Assembly (NCBI GenBank): GCA_030704615.1
Contig: CM060731.1
Location: 70,742,001 to 70,806,000 of the forward strand
Direction: 5' to 3'
Length of the DNA stretch: 64,000 nucleotides
From: Takakia lepidozioides
Taxonomy: Eukaryota; Plantae; Bryophyta
In this document: one piece after another, positions 35,520 through 49,328 of the stretch
Layout: each line of letters opens with the position of its first letter
Position numbering within the stretch: the first letter of the stretch is position 1
The notes under the pieces: generated by a model
What the model saw: only the letters and a program-made list of their open reading frames with translations
What the model was told of the DNA's origin: nothing
The model's database searches: none
Translations under genes and position numbers: made by a program

Positions 35520-36440
35520 AGTCTCTGGAGTGTGCTAAAGATAGTGGTCTGCTGATTGCCATGGTCTGCTGAGTATTGTGGTCTGCTGATAGATTTTAGA
35601 GCTCCGGAATGCCCAATGGATCATGTGTGTTTTGCTGCACAGCAGGCTGCTCCCGTATGAACCGACTTCTGGTGAACCCGGCATTTCTCTGTGTTGTCGC
35701 TCAGTCTGCTCAACTGTCGAAGACTTGAGCAGACTGCATACGTCCATAATTAGGTCTTCTGAAGTCTTTTTGTCTGCTGAAGTCCTGATTGGCAGCTGAA
35801 GTCTTTGGAGTCTGCTAAATATCATGGTCTGCTGAGTATTGTGGTCTGCTGAATGTGATGGTGTGTTGATGGTCCGGTCCAATGGTGCAAACATTTGTAT
35901 TTCATATTTTTGAAGAGGATGGTTTGCGATCCCAAACGTGACAACTTCATTCACTAGGCCACTATGAGTTTCAACGAGGTCGATACTCTTTTGCAGCGGG
36001 ATACAACACATGGGTAGCATCAACTATGCAATGTGGTATGTGGACGACCATGATTTGAAATGTGTAATTCACATCAATTCGTCGGCGGTGCAATGATATG
36101 GCCTCCAACTATACGGAGTGAGCTCTGAGTGATAACTTTTAGGTAGTGCACATTTGTCATTGCACCGTTCGAAATGCCCAATGGATCATGTGTGTTTTGC
36201 TGCACAGCAGGCTGCTCCCGTATGAACCGACTTCTGGTGAACTCGACATTTCTCTGTGTTGTCGCTCAGTCTGCTCAACTGTCGAAGACTTGAGCAGACT
36301 GCATACGTCCATAATTAGGTCTTCTGAAGTCTTTTTATCTGCTGAAGTCCTGATTGGCAGCTGAAGTCTTTGGAGCCTGCTAAATATCATGGTCTGCTGA
36401 GTATTGTGGTCTGTTGAATGTGATGGTGTGTTGATGGTCT
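35520..36440 (+). repeat. Direct repeats (~35605-35873 and ~36170-36439) flanking a SWIM-like fragment
   Basis: Near-identical ~270-bp copies. Between them, 35886-36000 reads CKHLYFIFLKRMVCDPKRDNFIH*ATMSFNEVDTLL (C-terminal half of a SWIM zinc finger, tentative). Confidence 0.7.
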
Positions 36441-36766
36441 TCTGATCGTTCTTACATTCGGTCTGTCCAATGGGTCCGGTCTCACTACAACAAAACGCGG
36501 TATATCTGACTGCGAGGCCGCGGTAGTCATGGTTTTCCTGACTTTGACCATGACTTCCCTATATTTTTGGACCAAATGGAGCTTCACGTAGTTGTTGAAA
36601 TGACCGCGTGACTACGTAGTCCTCTAGGTGACTACGTTGGTAGACTTTGTCGTGACTGCATGGCTCCGCACTAGACGGAAGGTTGGTCAAACATGGTTGA
36701 CCAGCGCGAGCTCACCACCAAATAGTCGTTGGAATGACTTTTAGTGCAAGCGTGGTAGCCAAAAGG

Positions 36767-36797
<31 letters not shown>

Positions 36798-37079
36798 TTA
36801 TAGGGTTGCCCATTAGAGGGCTGGGACTTAGTTCTTTTTTCTTTTTTCTCATGCGCGGTTTCTTAGTATTGAGCTGTTGTGTCATGGAACGCGAGGATAG
36901 CAAGATAGGGCATGTGATGGAGGCTTTGCATTGAGCTACTGATGCGGGGCGAAGCGCAACCTGCACCGCAACCGCAATGGGCTCTTAGCTCCTGTTAATA
37001 CCATGATGTGGTATTCTTCTTGATGTTTACAGGTTCTTGGGAGAGTCAGCTTGGCTTGGCAGTCCGTGTTTCAATTTTT

Positions 37080-38580
37080 ACCTTTGTGGAAAAGGGTAAA
37101 AGGTCCATGGTGACTTTGTCAAATTTAGGGTATCCAGAAACATATGCACATGTGGTAGTATTGAGGATACAAAGGGAGTGTTTGAGAATATGGTTGAATG
37201 AACCTAGAGTGTGATGATCGCGGGATATGCCCCAGCATGGATGCGGGATGGAGGCATTGGAGACCTATGAGCAAATGATGTGGGAAGGGTAAAGGACGTT
37301 CGTTTGTAGATTCAATGCGTGTGCGAGCCTGGCAGCCCTAGAAAATGGCAAAGAGGTCCATGCTGACATCATCAGAGCTGGAATTGTACGAGATGTCATT
37401 CCGAACGATACCCTGTTAGACATGTATGCCAAATGTGGCAGCATCGAAGCTGCAAAGAGAAGGCCAATACTACTTCCATTGAGCGTTTTCATGTGTCTTC
37501 CTAGTGCAGATGCTTGGGGGCAACATAGTACAACACAATCCCTATTTTATGAACGAGCGTTGATCACGTGGATTTAATGATGGTAGGATTCTTCTTCGAT
37601 CTGTTTCAGCTTGGTTTGCCCTCTCATTGGACTTGGCCCTGAATTGCTCGGCAGAGCAGAGCTAGCATGAGGGTTTTACAAATCCTTCACGATGGTGGGA
37701 CAACCGCAATCGCAAGGTGTGGCTTTTTCTTAATGTATGATGTGAAGAAGTTTGTCCATCCTGCAAATGTGGGCTTTTGGCTCTTGGCTCTTGGCAGGAA
37801 AGCTGGAAAGCAGGTGCACACTCACAATGTCCAAAGTGGATTCACGCCGAACATTTTTCTACTCAACACCCTTGTCAACTTGTATATTAAGGGGAGCATC
37901 ATGGATGATCACCAAGTGTTCAACACAGAATGCCTCAATGATCTTTGATCACGTGGAATATAATGTTGGCAGGATTTACCAAGCATGGGCATGGTACGAA
38001 TGCCTTGGAGACCTGTGAGCAAATGATGCGCGAAGGGGTGAGCCCAACCACATCACGTTTGTTTGTGTTTGCAATGCGCGTGCAAGCCTAGAAAAGGGGA
38101 AAGAGGTCCATGGTGACATCGGTCAAAGCTGGAATTGCACCAAATGTCATTCTGAACACTACCCTGACCTGGACATGTATGCCAAATGTGGATGCATTGA
38201 GGATGCAAAGGGAGTTTTTGACACTATGGCTGAACGAGATATGGTGTCGTGGAGTGCAATGCTTGCGGGGTATGCACAGCAGGGACATGGGATGGAGGCT
38301 TTGGAGACCTATGAGCAAATGGTGGGGGAAGGGGTGAAGCCCAACCACGTCATGTTTGTGTGCATTAGCAATGCTTGTGCAAGCCTGGCAGCCCTAGAGA
38401 AGGGCAAAGAGGTGCATGGCGATATCATCAAAGCTGGAATTGTACCAAATGTCATTCTAAACACTGCCCTGGCACCTCTGGAAAAGGGGAAAGAGTCCAT
38501 GGTGACATTTCAGAGCTGGAATTGTACCAAATGTCATTCTGAACCATACCCTGGTGGACATGTATGCAAAATGTGGGTGC
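37080..38580 (+). pseudogene. PLS-class pentatricopeptide repeat gene fragments inside the CACTA
   Basis: MYAKCGCIEDAKGVFDTMAERDMVSWSAMLAGYAQQGHGMEALETYEQMVGEGVKPNHVMFVCISNACASLAALEKGKEVHGDII, plus several frameshifted related copies. Confidence 0.88.
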
Positions 38581-39439
38581 GGAACTGGTGTGATAAGTTG
38601 AGTTGGGTGTTTCCCAGAACAATTCGAGGCTTTCATTGTATCTGCTAGTAGCAAGGCAAGGATGAACGCATGATTTGTGCAGATCAGGCATGGGTAGCTG
38701 AAGGAGCAGAGATAGAGTGTGGGTCCAGAATCATCCAAGAGGGCCAGCAAGAGGGCAGCTCTTTGTGTGATTGATTCTCACTCCCATTTGGTGTTAATTG
38801 TCGTGGTCTCATTAGCAGGATTTCACACCACATCCCCTTTCTTCCAAGTAGCCAGTTGTCAACCTTGCTCTCCCATCCTTCACCCTCTTCATCAGTGAAG
38901 TACTCCCTTTCTCCTTTTTCATGTTCCAGCCATTTAGGTGGTTTCTCCCTCAATACTGCCTTCATTTGCTGCATTGCCATGTATTTACTCTATGTGGTTT
39001 TAATTTGCTCATGCCCAACAGTTGGAAGAATTCCATGTGCTGGGCTGATTCCACTCTGAGCTGCAATTTCCATTCTTTTCAGTGCTTCCCACAGGCTGGC
39101 TTTTGGTGGAACAGGTCTGTCCTCTTCACTTAAGTTTTCCTCTCCTCATCATATCTTCTCCAAATCTGGTCATAGGCGTCCTCATTTCCTTCTGTCTCTG
39201 GCCCATCATGCTCATCCTCCTTGACTGTCCCTTATGGTTCAGCTCTTGTTTGTGTGTCTCCATCAAAGGTACATCCTTCGTGTGGTGGAATGCTGCTCAC
39301 AAGAAGTGCTTGTAGTGGGCTTCTTTGCAGGATTTTTCAGCTCTGTTATTCCCTCATCACCTTTCCTCCTTTCAGGTGATCCTCATCTCAATTCTAGTGC
39401 CTTTGTTTGGTGCATTGCAGTGTTGTTCCTCCGTGTGCA

Positions 39440-39660
39440 CATGATCCATTTCTCCACAATGTGGAGAGATGGTCTATGGCTCCCACTCTGGGGATCAAGG
39501 GAAAGATGTGGAGAGTTGTCCATAATTTGCATGCTCACACCAAAATGTTGTGTCAACGGTTAATGGACATAAGTCTAACTTCTATGACATAGACCAAGGT
39601 GTGGCTCAAAGATGTACCCCCTCCCCCTTTTATGTTGAAATATTCAAGTAAACTAATTGG
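39440..39660 (+). pseudogene. Non-LTR (LINE) reverse transcriptase fragment
   Basis: Across frameshifts: TMWRDGLW..GIKGKMWRVVHNLHAHTK...YDIDQGVAQ.C.PSPF (LINE RT GV.QG..LSP region). Confidence 0.6.
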
Positions 39661-42204
39661 GTGGATGCAACTCACATGTATGCTGAGTGCAGGAGCCTCG
39701 TGGATGCAGCAGGAAGCAACAACAACAATTGCACACTTGATAAAATCGGGTACCCTCATCTTCAATACATGATTTCAACCTGTTCTGTCCTCTTTTCAGA
39801 ATAGTCCCTAATTGTCCAGCGAAGGGGAGGATGTATATGGATTATGGGTGTTGTGGTAGGGATAGCTAAAGGGACACACAAAGTAGGGCTGGTTCTGTTT
39901 TCAGTGCACATGGTGCTACTTACAAAAGTATTCGATCAGAAATACAGGGTGATGAACTTGTGCCCTTAGACTGTGTTTTGAGGAGCTAGATTCTGGGACA
40001 ACAGCGTTATTTTGTAAATCTGACTAGTAGTTGTTTAAAAGAATCTCTTTTTACATACGCTATTGGCTTCAGTGTCTTTGTTATGTCCTTTTCACTTTGT
40101 CACTTTGTTGTTTCTTGTGAATGATGATGTGTTATGATTTTCCAAATAATTTAAAAAACCAAATTCTCAAACAACTAATTTGATGCCACGCGTCCAACCC
40201 AACAAACCCCTTTATAGTAGGCACCATGACTACACAACATCGCATCATACATTGACACATGTCATATCCTTGGAAAAACACATGGCAACGAACTCCTACA
40301 GGCATAGTCATGGGAATGACTTTAAATACATTTAAATTTTAAAATAAACTAATCATATGATGCCACGGGTCCAAATATCAACATGTTGGTAGTTAGGATA
40401 ATGACTGCAAGGCTTCCTTATAATATACCACGTGTCAATTTTTGGAGATGTCATATGGTGCACGTCCACGAAAACCTTCTGGACTTATTAAAAAGAGACA
40501 CGTGTACAGTTTGCAGCAGCACACTAAGTCATGGATGGTAGAAGTACATATGACTGTCAAATGACAGTGAGATGTATCACTTGGTTCATCTTACTGTAGT
40601 CATACGTGACCGACCATCATATACTCATTATATTCACTTGGTTTGCACAACTTAAAGTCATTGTAGTCATATGTACCGTTTATGACTACGGGATAGTCAT
40701 ATATACAGTCATATATACCACGATCTGTTGTAGTGTCTGTTCCGTTGAAGTTCATTTGTCTTTTGCTGCACAACAGACTGCTCAGTCTATTCGCAAAGCC
40801 ATATCAACTTGGCGGACGCCATGTCAGGAACCTCCTTTGCAAGTGGGTGAGGTGCGGCTTGAAGTGCAGCGGGTTCGCGATTACATTTTGATGAAATCTC
40901 CCGGGTCAGCAGACACCATAGTCGAACTTGACACAGAGTCGGCAGGTCGTCTCCAGCAGACCACTGACTTCATCACTCCTCAGGAGACCACAACATACCA
41001 CGACAGACCTCAGGAAACCTCAGCAGACCTCATCACACCAAAACACACTGAAGCAGACGCCAACAATCATGAGCAGAACTCCTCGCACCTCGGCAGACCG
41101 AAGCACGCCTCAGCAAACATGAGACCTCAGACTGGGCCAATTGAAGAGGGTGAAGACTATGCCCATTTCCCCTCCACTGTGGGCATTTTGGGGTGTGGAG
41201 ATCGCCGTTATCGGTGGCGCCGAAGAACGCAGAGGATCGTATACTTCCCCGCTTCAGGATTAGTGACACAAGTGCCCATCTGGATTGGTATAGTGATCTG
41301 CACCACATTGTAACGGGCCGGAGGTGGCCGTTTGTCCATTTTCTCTATTCCATGGAGTATACTACCGAAGAAGCCAACCAAGTTCTGGAGCAAGTAGGGA
41401 AGCTTGTTGTTACTTCTTTGAGTGAAGGAAATGAATCGCCACTCCTTGTTCAGCTCCTCCTTATGGATGACCCCTGCTCGGAGGAGGTGCGGCATATGGC
41501 TACACCCAACGTTCGGTGTCCGCAAGAAGCACTTGTCCACAGTGAGTGCGGTCCACTTCGACTGATTCCTACAACATCGATGGATGCAATTTGGAAATTT
41601 CACATCATACAAGAAGTTGTTGAAGGACTTGCCCACTCTACGGTAGGAAGTGTGGGCAAGACTTCCTACACGGATCACAAGCAGAAGAGTTTGTTATAGA
41701 TGAGGCGTTGTTATTAGGATCACAAACATGAGAGTCTGTTATAGATGAGGCGTTGTTATGGTTTTCGTAAGTATAGAGCGCCCGGGGAAGTCACTTCCAA
41801 AAATTTCCAACCGACATGCAAAAAAATATAGGGTGCAATTTATTCACAAAAGATAAAAATTAGAAAACATTTAAAAGTAATAAAGGGTACATTATATTGT
41901 GATCAGTGAATTTAAATCAATATAGGGTCTAAAATAATGACCGATTTTATTTTTTTCATAAAACTAATATAGGGTTGAGATAAATATCTACGAAAAATTC
42001 CAAAAATATATACATGCTTTTAGGGGAAAACTTAATACTTACAAAAAAATAGTGGTTAGGTAGGATTCAAAAAATGAGAAGGAAGGCAGGGAGCAGGTGG
42101 GGGATATCGCGACAGCCTATTGATCTCCTAAATAGACCAACCACACCAGTTATGGGGTTATTAAACTACTCTCAAATCCTAGAGGACAATTTAAATTCAA
42201 TGAC

Positions 42205-43918
42205 ATGCCTCCAAACAATGAAGGCAATGTTGTCCACAATGATGATCAAACAAACGTCGTGGACATGGACGCGGAGTTTGCGATGCCCGATCGCAGTTTT
42301 GACCTCATCATTCACGAAATTACGGACGTCATTGACCCTGTGGCCGATGAAACCATGGTTGAGGAACAGCGAATTGCGGATGAGAGAAGGAGAAAAGGAA
42401 AAGAACCAGTACTCAAAACCGACGAATGCTCGAGGGTCGTCATTCAATCCGAGATGAATCCGATATCAGATGTCGATCGCGTTACATTGTCATGGTAACT
42501 GTATGGTGCTTGTCCAAAACGTTGGAGATTCGGGCATGGGTCCCATTGAATGGCGATTGGGATAATTGGGTACAATGGGCGACCCATTTGGCCTCTAGAG
42601 AAGCACAAGTAGAGCGGCACTGTCAGGCTTGCAACGTGTCGCACGCATGTCGAACCGTAGCGTGGATAGCATTTATGCCAACATGCAAAGGTATAACGAT
42701 CTCCATATCGCATCAAGCGTGTTCGTCAGGTATACCAATTGGGCAGATGTGGATTCTATGTTCGATCGATGTGAGCACAAAATTTCGGGGTCGAACAGAA
42801 GCATAAATTGGGAATTAGAGATAGAGGAAGAGTGGGACACCACAACAAGGATGACCAGCATCAAACCGGCCCAGAGGGAGGAGATACCACGACGCGTTTT
42901 GTCGTCATGGATATCAGATGGCACAGTTTGTTCGATGTGTAAGAATCCATACGGCCCAGAGGGATGTCATGTGCTTAGATCATGTAGACATATGTTCCAT
43001 CTCACATGTCTTATCCCGTAAGCCTTGCGAATGAGCGCTTGCCCAGAATGCCATACACCAATCCATCGTCGTTTCTATGAGCTGGTGGGTTTGGAAGAAA
43101 TGATATCCATAGGTTTTGAATACAATCGACACAACCTCCCATTGGATGGGCTGACATTCACATTTATGAATTGTGTACATTGGGGCAAAAACTTGGTATG
43201 GGATGCAGACAGAGAGATGCATGGCATACATGCCGGAAACCCGGCATACATCAAAGATCCCCAGTATTTCTGGGTCACATCTAACTAGGAGATAACCATA
43301 CGTGCGGGAGGCATTCCTGATTGGTGGGAGAGAGAGCAGTTTTGCCGCAATCTGGGAGGGCATTGGAGTCAGTGAAGGTCTAGGTTTATCCAGCTCCCAC
43401 AGGTTCCATAGGTGCTGGAGGAGAACGAATTGTATGACCGATAACTGATTGTGAGACATTTGTTGTTGTCCAAACTGGGAAATGCTATAATATATCAACG
43501 CTGAATGTATGAGGCGTACGAGGCGGCTTATCGTCGAAACGACACAATGATTAGGGACAGGGCCCGCGAGAGGCAGTTGGAAAGTTTCAAAAGTACCATC
43601 AAGGCGGTTGTAGAGCAATGGAGGCGATTATGGACAAACCGTTATCATCGTGTTTCGGGGGCTCTATTGCCGGATGTGGACGGCCTCGTTGCCAATTTGC
43701 ATGCAGCCCGAACACTTGTTCTCGATCCACCTCCGCCACGTCGTGAGAGTGAAGAAGAAAGTCAACTTTCACCGCAAAGTAGGCGGATGCAGGCCAGAAT
43801 TGATCACATGCCATTGGGCCCCTCATTGACCACGAGATCACGGTCGCAAGCTCTGGCAATTTGCAGTGCAAATCAGGCCACAACATCACATTCCTTGTCC
43901 TCGGACAGTGACGACTAG
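42205..43918 (+). pseudogene. Intronless RING-H2 finger protein pseudogene
   Basis: CSMC-KNPYGPEGCHVLRS-CRHMFHLTC-LIP*ALRMSA-CPEC forms a C3H2C3 RING. In-frame stops and frameshifts along ~1.7 kb. Confidence 0.7.
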
Positions 43919-44375
43919 GCTTTTAATGACTCGCACCGTAGTACATAGACAATGTGCATTTTTGTTGTACCTTGAATATTGTTGGAAAACATAGTGATAA
44001 CATTCCGCCAATATTGTATATCACCAATTTTGTTAATATACAATGCATATGTGCGGCACCTGCCAATTTCAATTGCATGAGCAGCGTTTTCTTCACATTT
44101 ACACTCGTGTGATATGGAAAAAGTGGTTCACCCTGTAAACAAATTTACAATGGTGTCATATTTGGTCATGACGTGTATATGGGTATTTGCAATGAATTTC
44201 CGAAAGCTGGAGAACAAGGAAAATTGATGTTAACCAATAAGTTATAACGAATTACGAACGGTCGTCTTCCAAACAAATTTCGCCTGGTCCGTGCGTATTT
44301 CATAATCATTTTGCAAAATCTATGATCTTTCTACGAACATACCCACAAAGTTCTCAAAGCACAAAATAATTTCGA

Positions 44376-45775
44376 ATGATCTCATATTACACTGGGACGT
44401 ATCAGAGGGTACATTGAACACACTGGCCAAGTCTCAAACGAAGGAAAATCATTTGGATGGGCAACCATCCGTTGGCTCATTGAACAAATTTCGATTGATC
44501 TCATATTACTCTGGGGCCTCTTACATGGTACATTGAACATAATGGCCAAGTCTCAAAGCGAACCAAAATCATTTCGATGGCCAACCATCCATTGAGCCAT
44601 CAAATGAATTTTGATTGATCTCATATTAGTTCGGGACCTGTGAGAGGGTGTCTCGAACGTACTGGCAAAGTTTGGAAGCAAACAAAAATGATTTGGATGG
44701 GCAACCATCCGTTCACCCATTGAATGTCTTCCGTTGGATCTGCTATTACTTTGAGACCTGTTGGACTGTGTTTCGTGTGCTCACGATTTTTTTTTCATTC
44801 TGTTTTTTAATGGGGCGTGTAATGACTCCATATGCAACGTGCGTGCCAAATTTGGGAGCGAACATAATTCATTTGGAACCAAAACCACAGTTTTTTACCT
44901 ATATTGCACTCCAAACTTGATTTGTGTTCTACTTCATGCACTCTTTATAGAGAGTTTTGCAATTGTGAGCGAAGAGTGTTTGATTGGGAGGCATTTTTGG
45001 GAGGCATTTTTTTTTAGGCATTTTTGATTGGTCCAAATTTTGGCGGGGGAGTAGCGGTGGGATGCTTGAAGCCGCAGATGAAAAATGAGCCAAAAACAAA
45101 ATCGATACGTGCCAGAAACCCCCAATGAAAGGCAATACAAACCTATTTATTGGCTTAAAATTAATTTAAATTCAATTAAATTCTGGAATGGCTTGAAGGG
45201 TGAGCGCGTCGATGGGGAGACAAATGATTTATTTGTCTAATGTGTCTCCACACATGTGTCGCACACATGTTCAAGCACATGGGGGCAAAAGAGAGGCTTC
45301 AACCACATCCGTTCAATGGGTGCAATAGTCGTGCACGCATTGCATGATTTCTTTTTCGCAATGAACAAAAATCAGATGAGAAGTGAACGCCTCATTGGCC
45401 CATTGAACAAATTTTGATTGATCTCATATTACACTGGGACCTATCAGAGGGTACACTGAACACACTGGCCAAGTTTCAAAGCGAATGAAATCATTTGGAT
45501 GGACAACCATCCGTTGGCCCATTGAACGAATTTCGATTGATCTCATATTACTCTGGGGCCTCTTACATGACACATTGAACATAGTGGCCAAGTCTCAAAG
45601 CGAACCAAAATCATTTCGATGGCCAACCATCCGTTGAGCCATTGAATGAATTTTGATTGATCTCATATTAGTCCGGGGCCTGATACATGGTATGTTGGAC
45701 ATAGTGGCAAAGATTGAAAGCAAACGAAAAATCATTTGGATGGGCAACCATTCAATCGCCCATTGAATGAATGGG
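44376..45775 (+). repeat. Two arrays of a ~120-bp tandem repeat (44376-44760 and 45395-45775)
   Basis: Recurrent TGATCTCATATTAC(A/T)CTGGG...GGCCAAGTCTCAAAGCGAA...AAAATCATTT(G/C)GATGG(G/C)CAACCATCCGTT units. Confidence 0.85.
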
Positions 45776-47558
45776 GTTTCGTCTTCGATTATACTGGGAT
45801 CTGTTATATGATATGCCATTTGAAGCTCTTTTTGTAGTGTCTCATGCTTCGTAATGCGGTGCTTCTCCATGTCCACTTTATCCAATATGTTGATGTTCTG
45901 CACCTGAAATAGATCCACACATGTGTGCAAAAATCCTTAAATAAGCAAATGACCATCTCCACTTTTATAAGCCTCATCCACAGCTTCCAGTTTTGATGGT
46001 CAATTGGTTTTTTAAGTATTTATATACGCATGTATGGATATGTTCCAGATGGAGAATATCAACATTGGAAAAATAAGAGTTGGAGAAGCACCTCATTACG
46101 AAGCAAGAGACATTACAGAAGACCTCAGCATGTTGAATATCTGGATGAAGAATCTTGCCAATCGTCGCCGCAAGCGCTTATGAAATGATCACATGTTTGT
46201 TGGTGGAAGCTAATCTCGTACCCATCGAAGACTCCCGCATGCCACATGGAACGGTTCATGTGATACATTTTCACAAATGCGATGTGATACATTTGTGAAA
46301 TGGTATCACATCAACCGTTTAATGTGGCCAATGCACCTCTCCCGCTCCATGGCGGAAATGTTCGTCACTTGAAGGCACAAACACAAATAATCCGTGCAAA
46401 CAATCTCAAGAATCATACGTACTGCAAGGTGTTTCACACTGCCGATGTTCATGTAGCTGAATTCTTTAGGAATCATTTTGCTACTCCCATACCAGTTGAC
46501 AACATCAGGTCCACTGGGACTGCCATATTCCGAATTCCGTATCAGCCATCACGGACACGAAACCAGAAACTTCGCACAAAATCTCCAATTCATTCAATTT
46601 AGGGTGGGCCGTGGCTGCAGCCTGTAAGCTGGCCGGGATGGCTGATACGTTCGCTTGAACATGACAGTCTCAGATGACTTGATGTTGTTGGCATGAGAAT
46701 AGCAAAAAGAGTACTATAGAATTCAGCTAGAGGAACAATAATAACATGAAATACCTTACCGTAAATATGATTGTTGACATTGGTTGTGACAACTCCAATT
46801 AACAAAGAACTCGCACCATCAGTTGCGCTCCTACAGCAGCACCGGTCCCCCGAGTAAATAAAGTTCCGTTAAATAATAAATTGTATACGCTCAAACCTCA
46901 GAGATGTCATGTCAGCAAAACCGGACGTGTACTGTGTCACTGTTTGTAACTTCGAATGTTTCAATGTTTCTGACAGGGTACTGAGAAAATGATATATTGG
47001 TTCTGTACGAGTTAGACAACAAACGTTCCACATCTCATTCAAATGTCGACACTACCATGAATGACATTGATCAAAAAGTAATAGGTGTACATGCAACCTC
47101 CAGACGTTCAAGTAGACCATTCACTGGACCTAGTATCAAACGTTCGGACTTCGGAGGTCGCATGTGCCCCTATTAGTTTCCGATTCATGCCTCTCATGGT
47201 AGTGTCGCACATTTGACTGAGATGTGAGACGTTTGTTGTTTAACTCCTACGGAACTAATACATCGTTTTCTCATAACCCTAGCGAAAACGTTGGAACATT
47301 ACAAATATAAACAGTAAGACAATACACAAACCATTTATGTTGCGATGACATGTGTTAGGTCGAACATATTAATGTAGTATTTACAATGGGACTTTATGTA
47401 TTACATGCACGATCAAAATTAAGTTATGTCTTCATAAAAGAACCATTATACCGCAACAAATCTCATATCTACGAAACTATGGTCTACTCCGTCCTATATA
47501 CGTCTTTCGGCTCAGGCCAATTGAAGGGCTTGCCCATGAATCGAAGTACTACATGGGC

Positions 47559-48937
47559 TCATGTGACTATCTCATTCTTGTTGTTGTCGTACAATCTTTG
47601 TAGCATTGAATGCCAACAACCTCCCGTAAATTGGTCCTCGAACATACTTTGATCATAATGAGCGCTGCCATTTATTCGTACCGCTATCTTTCCAACAGCA
47701 AAGGCCTCCAACGTCATGTCCTTGGGGGGGGGGGGGGGGGTGGCATTCGCATTGAAAACCGATGCAATATCTTTTTCCACCCACCATCTTTTCGCGAGAT
47801 CCGGTCCAGCTTGTCTTGGTTTTCAAACTGGTATGGCGAGGCTTTACGTATGCCCAATGGGGTAGCTAAGCCCCAATCACACACCCCAATCTTGATCTCC
47901 TTGGTGCCATCTGGAAAATGCAACAAGATGTTGTCGGGGGACAAGTCGTTGTGCATGACACCGTTCTTGTGGACAACATCCATGATGCACACTAATGCCT
48001 ATGCAAGTTTACTGCGCACTTTTCGGAAACAAAGCAAGCGATCGCATTCCTGGAACTCTGCTTCCGTTCCCTTTTGTTTCAAAATCACCCTATTGTCCGA
48101 ATCGTTGCCTCATTTTCTGTCAAGGTTCACCATGTCGCGTATTGTCCTTCCATTCCACCAGCAAGTGTAACCCTCTAGCTCACGTGCATTCACAACAAAA
48201 TATGAGATAACACCCGGATACTAGAACTTCACTGCCAAACACTCGTCGTTATGTTGTCTCAACGCCTATTCTGGATTTTTGGACTTGGGTTTTTTTTCCC
48301 GCTAGCTCCCAACGCTCCGGTATTCTAGAATTGCCAACAATCCTACATTGACGGACCTTAGCATACCCTCATTCTTTGTAAGGGCCAATCTCTACGACCT
48401 TCGCAGTAGAGTTCAGGTAATAAAGACCAGTTGTGCCTCCCCCGCCCGATGACCCCTCCTTCCAAGAGACAACCCTAATCCGGCGATGTGAATTCTGACT
48501 TGCCGAGCAAGCCCAATACTCAACACGCTGCATTAACTCAGCTTCGGCGGAGAACACTCAACCCTCGGTTGTTCTACCCTTCCATGTCTTCATTAGCTGC
48601 CTCAAATTCCACGTGGTGTCTTTCGCCCTGCTTTGGATCCACCGATTGAATTTCGGTTTGTCCCTGTCCGCCGTCCATTTAACCCCCGCCAAAGCGTTTG
48701 TCATTTTCCTCTCCATATTTTGCTGGAAAATCTGAAACCCTCCCATCCATGCCTGACATAAGCACTCTCTAGCCTCATCATGTCCCTACCCTTGAAATAA
48801 TTCACTACCACTTCTTTCACCATATCCAAGGCATCCGGTCCTGGGTAGTCTGGCTTGTTGACGTGGCTATCCCGCTCATGGGCACGTTTTCTCTTCCTCC
48901 GACCCCCAGACAACCCCGCCCCAGAACTTGAATTCAC
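47559..48937 (-). pseudogene. Intronless protein kinase pseudogene
   Basis: IGPYKE*GYAKVRQC (Gly-loop-like), LAGKKPK, MDVVHKNGVMHNDLSPDNILLHF, IGVCDWGLA, TLEAFAVGKIA, preceded by an N-terminal extension. Stops and frameshifts. Confidence 0.8.
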
Positions 48938-49255
48938 AACCCTCGATATTGTATAAACCTTTGTCCACTACAAGGGACAAAACCTCAGAAAACAGCAATG
49001 GACGCGTGTGGATGGTGTCTTCGTAGTTTCTGCAAAAAGCAGGTCGCCGGAGATCCGAAAACGGCAAAATGGTGATACGATGATTGAAGAGGGAGAGGTC
49101 AAATGTTCAAAATCACCTCCATCCATCCTATTTGTTTCGTTTTTCCTGACCCGCGGCACCTTGCCACGTGGCTGGCAAGACGCCGCTTCATGATTTTTTT
49201 TAAAAACAAAACACCACACGGCGGGTCCCTGGATTTAAAAAAAAAAAAAAACCTC

Positions 49256-49285
49256 GTGACCGCTGCATGGCGGTCGCTGTTTAGA

Positions 49286-49328
<43 letters not shown>

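Larger units (their letters stand above)
36483..40735. mobile_element. Non-autonomous CACTA (EnSpm) element carrying gene fragments (Pack-CACTA)
   Basis: TIRs CACTACAACAAAACGCGGTATATCTGACTG / CAGTCATATATACCACGATCTGTTGTAGTG; 3-bp TSD TCT (36480-36482 and 40736-40738); subterminal TGACTAC/GTAGTCA repeats; no transposase. Confidence 0.9.
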
